A stretch of DNA of 64,000 bases from a virus (lineage: Duplodnaviria > Caudoviricetes). Position numbers and translations under genes: made by a program. A model generated the notes under the pieces. The model made no database searches, was not told the DNA's origin, and worked only from the letters and a program-made list of their open reading frames with translations. This document shows, one piece after another, positions 57,428 to 64,000 of the stretch; positions within the stretch are counted from its first letter, which is position 1; each line of letters opens with the position of its first letter. Location: the IMG/VR virus record IMGVR_UViG_3300042257_000094, positions 1 through 64,000 of that record; one strand, written 5' to 3'.

Positions 57428-60400
57428 TAAGTCTTTAGATATATATAATAGTAATACACAGAAAATTTCTAAAGAAGATAGTGGAAATTTCGTAAGCGTA
57501 ACATGCATTGAAAATATTTTCGATCCTCATAACAGCCAGAAAGTGGAGCTATATGAGCACGGGGAAACTCTTGCTCAACTAATTAGTAAATTTAATCCGA
57601 TCATGGCTAGTAATATGGAAGTCGTTGTTTCCATTGATGGCATGGTTGTAGAAGAAGATTCGTCTGAATTTAAGAATATTGTTCCCGCCAAAGGTAGTAA
57701 TGTTGTATATGCTACGGTTCCGCAAGGCGGGGGAGGCGGCGGGAAGAACCCCCTATCCATGGTCGCAATGTTGGCGGTAACGGTGGTTGCGGCTTGGGCG
57801 GCTCCTGCATTAGTTTCGGGAATTGGTTATGGTATTTGGGGCGGAGCAGGATCCCTTGTGGCTTCTAGTATTGCGGCTACAGCAGTGTCTTTAACTCAGG
57901 CGGCACTAACAGTAGCGGGGGGGATGTTAGTATCTTCTGTATTTGGTAGTTCTATGCCAGATGTAGGCGCACCTAATATAGAGAATGTAACATCTACCCC
58001 TACTTACGGGTGGGAGCGTGACCCAAACCAGCAAGAACAAGGAGTGGTTGTTCCTGTTTTATATGGTAGACATCGAGTAACCCCTCCTATTATCAATTCC
58101 TTTATCACCACTAAAGATGATAATCAGATTTATAATGCTCTATATTGTATAGCAGATCACAAAATTGATGCTATTGAAAATGTGTATATTAATGATAACC
58201 CGGCTTCTAATTATAAAGAGATTACGCTTAGTAAACGATACGGAGAAATAAATCAAGGTATTATTCCGGCTTTTTCAGATGTTATTTATAATAAGTCGGT
58301 TGATGTTAAGTTATCTACTGATTGGTCGCAAACAGAAACAGATGGAAATGCAGTAAACGGCATTGGCGTTAATATATTTATTCCAGCATTGTATTACGCG
58401 AATGATGCGGGCGGTTTATCAAAGCAAACTATCACATTAAACATACAGTATAGAAAAAAGGGAACTGAAGATTGGAATGATTTTGTTGAAAATAAGGTAG
58501 AATTAGAACAAATTTCATTTTCGGGAGAACCATATTGGTCTGTCGGGTACCCAGGTAATGGTGGTTGGGTAGAGGTAGAAGCTGGATCAAGTGTAAGAGA
58601 TGAACACGCGGAGGGGGAGCGGTATGCTTCTGATCAAGAAAAGTGCTATTGGAAGTGGATAGATTATGAATATACTAGAAAATGGATTTATGTTCCTATG
58701 CCATCAGGCCATAACATAAAAAAAATTGTTCAGTATAAAATTGATCCAATTATTTATAAAGAGGTCGTTGTACCATACTCTGATATTATTATACGTGGGG
58801 CTACGCAAGACCCAATTCGCAGGGATTATTATGCGTATGACGTTGAACCCGGAAAATATGAAGTTCGTGCTAGGTTAAAAAATGCTCCTCCAACAGGAAC
58901 TAGATACGGCAATGATACCTATTTCTCTGCACTTCAGGAAATTATTTATGATGATTTCACTTATCCCGGAACAGCTCTTCTAGGATTGGAAGCACTCGCT
59001 ACTGATCAATTAAGCGGCTCTGCTCCTACGGTTTCTGTGGAGGTGGAACGTGAAAATGTTCGTGTTTGGACAGGAGAGCAATACGAAGATAAGCCCGCTA
59101 ACAATCCGGCGTGGGCGTGTTATGATATTCTTCACAACGACATTTACGGAGGTAGTCAGCCTGTAAATAGATTCCTTCTTGAAGATTTTGAAGAATGGGC
59201 AGATTATTGTGAAGAGAATAAATTATTTGTAAATATTTATGTAGCCGCTCCATCCGATCTACGTAGTATTTTAGATGCTATATCTGTTATTGGGCATGGT
59301 TCTATTGTGCATAAAGGCTCTCAATATGGGGTGGTTATAGATAAAAAAGAAGAGATAAGTGTTCAGCATTTCATGTACACTAAAGGGAATATGATTGAGG
59401 GCACTTATTCTAATGCCCTTCTTGATACTACTGATAGAGCCAATGCAGTTGAAGTTACGTATTTTGACCAAACCCTTGACTATTCTAGACAAATTATTGA
59501 AGTATACCAAAGTGGTTACGATAGAGAGCAGACAGTAATTAATAAGAATAGTGTGACTCTTGTTGGATGTGTAGATAGAGAACAGGCCATTAAATATGGT
59601 AAAAGATTATTGCTTCAAAATAGATATCTAACACAGATTATTTCTTTTGAGGCGGGAATAGATTCTATCACGTGCTTCCCCGGTCAAGTTATCGACGTTT
59701 CTCATGATGTTCCTCAGTGGGGACTTTCTTCTGGTAGGATATTATCAGCCACCTCAAACGGGGTTAAATTACCGGAGAAAGTTGAGTTGTTGGGCGGGGA
59801 ACAGTATGCAATTCAGGTAAGGAAATCAATAGACGATTCTATTGAGACAGTTAATATAGTTACTCCTACGGTAGATACGACTACAGATGAATTAACATTA
59901 AATGGAACATGGGAAAGCACTCCTGAAAAGAATGATTTATATGCTTTTGGTAAAGTTAATAATGTAACAAAAAAATTTAGGGTGACTTCTATTACTCGTT
60001 CTGGTGATGAAATGACCAGAAGGATATCTGCGATTGAATATGTACCTGAAATATATGGAGATTTATCTGGACAATTACCTGAAGTAGAAGTCGGGGAATC
60101 CAAGTTTGTTTCTGATCTGTCTGCCAAAGAAGTGTGGGTATTTGCTAATGATGGTACTGGAAAATCCGTAATTAGTGTGGAATGGAACGGAAAGGCATTA
60201 TCTTGGAATGTATTCTTGAAATCAGAAGGTAAGCCGTGGGAGGTGGTAGGACAGGCCAATAAGAATTCATTTAGAATAGAGAAATCATTCACAGTCGGTA
60301 AAACATATCAAGTATCTGTGTCTCCTTATAATACTCCCGATTTACGTTTTGTTGAAACCATATATATAAAAGGTAAACAAGCACCTCCCTCTGACGTTCT

Positions 60401-61430
60401 TGGTTTCTCAGCCACCAGCACTAAGAGAAACGTAACTCTTACATGGGACCACATTCCTGATGTGGACCTGCTTGGTTATAATATTGTAGAGGGAGTTGAT
60501 TATAATAGAGGTAGACCTATTGCAACTGGGATTACTGAAAATGAGTTTTCTTGGGAACCAGCTGTATCGGGTACATATACTTTTTGGATAAAGGCAGTAG
60601 ATAGGACTTTTAATGAAAGTGTAAACGCCGCATCTGCTCAAGCGTCCATAGATATATCAGATGTATTTAATATTGTGGTGGATAGAGAAGAGATTCCTGT
60701 TTATGTACCAGATGCGACTTTATATAACTTGTATAATGACAGTTTAAATAATGTTGTGTCATGGATTCCTGGAATGGTGGATACGGATGTTAGTACAGAA
60801 ACTGATGTAACTCCCACACTCACTACATATAATGGAAATTTTGATAATGGAGTATACACTTCTGATATTATTGATTTAGGAACAAAAACCACATATACAT
60901 TAAGACAGTACGCGGAAAAAGATGCAATATTGACAAACCCCACAGATACTTCTTTTATATATGGTAGAACAGATATAACGTTCCCGTTAGACACAGATAT
61001 GAACATAACATCTCTTGCTAAATATAAATTAAAATATAGATATTCGGACGACGGGGTTTCATACTCCGACTGGAATGACTATACGAATATATCAGTAGTC
61101 AGTAGTAGGTATCTACAAGTTAGGGCAGAAACGGATATTCGAGTTTCTACCACTAATTATAATTTTACTTCTATTTACACCGTGCTGGATGTTGACGATA
61201 AGGTAAAAAAATTGTATAATCAAACAATTGCTGATACAGGAACAGAGTTCTTACTTAGCAGTGTTCCGATTACAATATATGTAACTTATAATGTAGGTGT
61301 AACAGTATTAGGAGCAGGGTTTGCCACGTATAGTGTAGATATTCAAAGCGATAGATTTATTGTATATGTATATGATGTTAATGGAAATGGAATTTCTAGA
61401 GACGTTAACTTGGAAATATCTGGGTATTAA
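57420..61430 (+). CDS. central tail tip/host-specificity protein (gpI plus gpJ-like)
   Basis: VPVLYG, YPGTALL, NNPAWACYDIL, PGQVIDV, FN3-like APPSDV..WIKAVD. Confidence 0.9.
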   Translation: MTNKSLDIYNSNTQKISKEDSGNFVSVTCIENIFDPHNSQKVELYEHGETLAQLISKFNPIMASNMEVVVSIDGMVVEEDSSEFKNIVPAKGSNVVYATVPQGGGGGGKNPLSMVAMLAVTVVAAWAAPALVSGIGYGIWGGAGSLVASSIAATAVSLTQAALTVAGGMLVSSVFGSSMPDVGAPNIENVTSTPTYGWERDPNQQEQGVVVPVLYGRHRVTPPIINSFITTKDDNQIYNALYCIADHKIDAIENVYINDNPASNYKEITLSKRYGEINQGIIPAFSDVIYNKSVDVKLSTDWSQTETDGNAVNGIGVNIFIPALYYANDAGGLSKQTITLNIQYRKKGTEDWNDFVENKVELEQISFSGEPYWSVGYPGNGGWVEVEAGSSVRDEHAEGERYASDQEKCYWKWIDYEYTRKWIYVPMPSGHNIKKIVQYKIDPIIYKEVVVPYSDIIIRGATQDPIRRDYYAYDVEPGKYEVRARLKNAPPTGTRYGNDTYFSALQEIIYDDFTYPGTALLGLEALATDQLSGSAPTVSVEVERENVRVWTGEQYEDKPANNPAWACYDILHNDIYGGSQPVNRFLLEDFEEWADYCEENKLFVNIYVAAPSDLRSILDAISVIGHGSIVHKGSQYGVVIDKKEEISVQHFMYTKGNMIEGTYSNALLDTTDRANAVEVTYFDQTLDYSRQIIEVYQSGYDREQTVINKNSVTLVGCVDREQAIKYGKRLLLQNRYLTQIISFEAGIDSITCFPGQVIDVSHDVPQWGLSSGRILSATSNGVKLPEKVELLGGEQYAIQVRKSIDDSIETVNIVTPTVDTTTDELTLNGTWESTPEKNDLYAFGKVNNVTKKFRVTSITRSGDEMTRRISAIEYVPEIYGDLSGQLPEVEVGESKFVSDLSAKEVWVFANDGTGKSVISVEWNGKALSWNVFLKSEGKPWEVVGQANKNSFRIEKSFTVGKTYQVSVSPYNTPDLRFVETIYIKGKQAPPSDVLGFSATSTKRNVTLTWDHIPDVDLLGYNIVEGVDYNRGRPIATGITENEFSWEPAVSGTYTFWIKAVDRTFNESVNAASAQASIDISDVFNIVVDREEIPVYVPDATLYNLYNDSLNNVVSWIPGMVDTDVSTETDVTPTLTTYNGNFDNGVYTSDIIDLGTKTTYTLRQYAEKDAILTNPTDTSFIYGRTDITFPLDTDMNITSLAKYKLKYRYSDDGVSYSDWNDYTNISVVSSRYLQVRAETDIRVSTTNYNFTSIYTVLDVDDKVKKLYNQTIADTGTEFLLSSVPITIYVTYNVGVTVLGAGFATYSVDIQSDRFIVYVYDVNGNGISRDVNLEISGY

Positions 61431-61443
61431 ATAGGAGATGTAA

Positions 61444-62751
61444 ATGTCACAAAACTTTTCACCGTTACAATCAGGAGTTACCGTATTCGGTGATTTATAT
61501 GGAATAATCAATAATAATATTGATGCAATTCGTTCACAGTGGAGTGGTACGTCTGCCCCCGGCAGTCCTGCTATAGGTCAGCCTTTTTATAATATAACAA
61601 ATAATACAGTAACTATTTGGAACGGCTCTACTTGGCAGGATCTGGCAGAGGCATCTATTACCGTTCTTACTCTTATGAACGAAATAGTTACCGCTCGTGG
61701 AGTAACCGATTCATTAAATGATAGGCTCAGCGTGTCTATAAATGATGATGGCACATTAAAGGGGGACGCACCTGTTGGGACGTGGTGGATGACTGAGCCA
61801 GATGCGGTATCTTATTCCGATTCTTCTACTTTTACAGTTAGTGGAAATAAAACTGCATTATATGTTCCAGATAGAGCCGTTCACTTATATCAAACAAGCG
61901 ATGCTTTTGGATACATTGCATCCTCCACATATGATGGCAGCAGTGATGTTACTACTGTAACGTTAACTCAACCAGTAATAGATAGTGGGCTTATTGGTGT
62001 GGAGTACGGGCAACCTCCCTTAAATGCCCCTGCTAGTTTGAAAGAATCTGATATTGGTGTAAAAATTTTAGCTCCGGATGGAGACGGATCTGGGTTATCT
62101 GGCTTTGGAACAGCGGCTACTCGGGACGTGGGGACGGCCCCGGGGAACGTGCCTGTGCTGGATGCGGAGGGCAAGCTGGCTGAGAGCGTTCTGCCAAGCA
62201 GCGGAGTACCGTCCGGGCTGATTATGCTCAGTTCAGACGGAACTGTGCCTGCCGGGTGGGAGAAGGTTGAAAACCCTTTAGACGTCGAGATTACTGGCAG
62301 AGTCTCACCAATAATGACAGGACCAACAACCGGGGATTGGACGGCAACGGAAAGCCCGACACCGTACGAAGGTGCTTTTTGGAAGGTGTTTGATGGGTCT
62401 CCTGACCAACCAAATTACTGGATAACACAGCAACCGTCTGATGTGTACGGTGTGTTGGAAAACACCGCATCTTCTTTCACCTTTGACAGATACAAAGTAA
62501 CAAGCACAGATCGCCCCTCTTATCATCCAAAAGACTGGCGGCTTCAGTATTGGGACGGGTCGGCTTGGCAGACTGCCCACACTGTTACCGATGCGCCTAG
62601 TTGGACAAGCAAGGAGACACGGTTGTATCTTCTGCCACAGACGGTGACGACACAAAAAATCCGTTTTTACATGGACGCCTCCAATGATATATATCTTGGA
62701 ATTTCTGAACTTGAATTGATACAAATGCCTGTATGGGTAAGGAAGCTGTAA
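61444..62751 (+). CDS. side tail fibre with C-terminal discoidin/F5-8-like domain
   Basis: GTAATRDVGT..GNVPVLD fibre motif; KVFDG..W..PKDWRLQYWDGSAW..ISELEL. Confidence 0.8.
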   Translation: MSQNFSPLQSGVTVFGDLYGIINNNIDAIRSQWSGTSAPGSPAIGQPFYNITNNTVTIWNGSTWQDLAEASITVLTLMNEIVTARGVTDSLNDRLSVSINDDGTLKGDAPVGTWWMTEPDAVSYSDSSTFTVSGNKTALYVPDRAVHLYQTSDAFGYIASSTYDGSSDVTTVTLTQPVIDSGLIGVEYGQPPLNAPASLKESDIGVKILAPDGDGSGLSGFGTAATRDVGTAPGNVPVLDAEGKLAESVLPSSGVPSGLIMLSSDGTVPAGWEKVENPLDVEITGRVSPIMTGPTTGDWTATESPTPYEGAFWKVFDGSPDQPNYWITQQPSDVYGVLENTASSFTFDRYKVTSTDRPSYHPKDWRLQYWDGSAWQTAHTVTDAPSWTSKETRLYLLPQTVTTQKIRFYMDASNDIYLGISELELIQMPVWVRKL

Positions 62752-62754
62752 AAA

Positions 62755-63120
62755 ATGAAGTATCACTACTTTGACAACGTAACAGGACAATATCTAGGGA
62801 CATTCGAAGGTGAACACTGCCCCCCCAGTGCCACAACAACCCCACCGCCGGAGCAGAGCGGCGCATGGTACTGGACTGGTGTGAGGTGGGTCAACGAGCC
62901 GCAAGGGAAGTACCCGGAGCCGACCCCCGCTGAAGCAGCTAAAGCACGGCAGGACGCGATTCTGGCCGAATTAGAATCTATGGACCGCTTTCTGCCGCGT
63001 AGTGTGGAAGACCTGTTGGACGCAGGTGTTGTCAAGCTTGCTGACCTGTCCCAGGAAAACCAGGATCGCTGGGCAAAGAAGTTAGCCCTGCGGAGTGAAT
63101 TGGCGGGAATTACTACATAG
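62755..63120 (+). CDS. tail fibre assembly-like protein
   Basis: follows the fibre; GQYLG..PP..WYWTG.RW. Confidence 0.6.
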   Translation: MKYHYFDNVTGQYLGTFEGEHCPPSATTTPPPEQSGAWYWTGVRWVNEPQGKYPEPTPAEAAKARQDAILAELESMDRFLPRSVEDLLDAGVVKLADLSQENQDRWAKKLALRSELAGITT

Positions 63121-63129
63121 GGAGATACT

Positions 63130-63438
63130 GTGAAAAAAATAATTAAAAAAATTACAGATTTTTTATTTTCTGTTTTTTCAGATAATGGAGGACGCCTATC
63201 GAGCATGCGTATTTTAAGCGCGTTTGCGATAGTGGTTCCTATTTTAGTCTGGACCGTTTATGTATTCGTAAATGAGTGGCAAGATTTTAACGAATCCTTT
63301 GCATTACTTATTTTAGGTGCTTTAGGTAGTAAGGCCGCACAAAAATGGGCAGAAAGCAAGAATGGTAGTACGAAATCTAACTCTACCAATAAAGAAGTTC
63401 CTCCTGAATTTAATGTCTCATCTGATAAAAAGGAATAA
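63130..63438 (+). CDS. holin
   Basis: two TM segments, LSSMR..KAAQKWAE, charged tail. Confidence 0.7.
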   Translation: MKKIIKKITDFLFSVFSDNGGRLSSMRILSAFAIVVPILVWTVYVFVNEWQDFNESFALLILGALGSKAAQKWAESKNGSTKSNSTNKEVPPEFNVSSDKKE

Positions 63439-63443
63439 TATTT

Positions 63444-63863
63444 ATGTTTATTTTTTCAGCGTTCCTTTCATTTTTTGGAGGCAAGAAGCAAGGTGTAATT
63501 GTTATCCTGCTGGGGATTGTTATTGCTTCCCTAGGCTTTCTCTATATGTGGGAAAAGACTTCTCATAGTAATACGAAAGTAGAACTTGCTAACAAAGTAT
63601 CGGAACTATCTACTATAAAAAATATAAATAAACAACTAGAACAAGATCAGGAAACAAAACAACTTGTTATTGATGGGCTACAAAACCAAATTGTTTCATA
63701 TAAAAAAGACTTTGAAGAATATAGAAAGCAATATGATAAAATGCTTGAGATTTGCAAGAATACAAGAGAGATAGATAAAGAAGATTCTAAACTGAGAGTA
63801 TTAGATGAGAAGTCAAATGAAGAATACATTAAAGCAATCAATTCTGTTCTTGGTTTTAAGTAG
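63444..63863 (+). CDS. i-spanin (Rz-like)
   Basis: N-terminal TM plus coiled coil after the holin. Confidence 0.75.
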   Translation: MFIFSAFLSFFGGKKQGVIVILLGIVIASLGFLYMWEKTSHSNTKVELANKVSELSTIKNINKQLEQDQETKQLVIDGLQNQIVSYKKDFEEYRKQYDKMLEICKNTREIDKEDSKLRVLDEKSNEEYIKAINSVLGFK

Positions 63864-64000
63864 CCTACTCTTTATTAATGGATGTGGTCCTAAAATAGTA
63901 GAACACACTATTACAGTAACTAGAGTTCCAGAACGAATTGAACCTCCTACTGATCCGGTTTATAAAAAGATTCCAGAAGGAGTTCATTTAGGCTCAAAGA
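63817..64000 (+). CDS. o-spanin lipoprotein (Rz1-like; truncated by window end)
   Basis: overlapping frame MKNTLKQSILFLVLSSLLFINGCGPK.. with lipobox INGC and Pro-rich tail. Confidence 0.75.
   Translation, partial: MKNTLKQSILFLVLSSLLFINGCGPKIVEHTITVTRVPERIEPPTDPVYKKIPEGVHLGSK

Noticed and set aside
1-64000. Stop-codon reassignment or RNA-guided nuclease arrays
   Set aside because: Core genes are intact in the standard code, no suppressor tRNA is present, and no periodic non-coding array or shared flanking RNA was seen beside the HNH genes

Overview
A 64 kb segment of a large AT-rich dsDNA tailed phage. The tape measure, G/GT frameshift and lambda-like M-L-K-I/J tail tip indicate a siphovirus, and a two-component spanin indicates a diderm host. 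Bases 1-16 kb are a minus-strand replication/RNA-repair arm: a multi-zinc-finger HNH, UDG-like::PolA polymerase, nucleotidyltransferase, clamp loader and probable clamp, Rnl2-type RNA ligase, lysozyme-like protein, DnaB helicase, deaminase, and an rtcB gene broken by an inserted methyltransferase. From 16.3 kb everything is plus strand: SNF2 helicase, primase, a cluster of tRNA and tRNA-like RNAs, a DenV-like glycosylase, a tyrosine recombinase, a 19-repeat variable LRR protein, a second methyltransferase and an initiator with internal iterons. An early-gene island bracketed by Fur-box-like motifs (30.5-34.4 kb) follows, then the packaging, head, tail and lysis modules. The most interesting leads are the mosaic variable-LRR gene with a second truncated copy, the Fur-box-flanked early island, a long-variable-arm tRNA(UAU) and a nearby tRNA mimic, the rtcB replacement with readable junctions, and a hybrid replisome. 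All calls come from reading motifs by eye; no searches were run.
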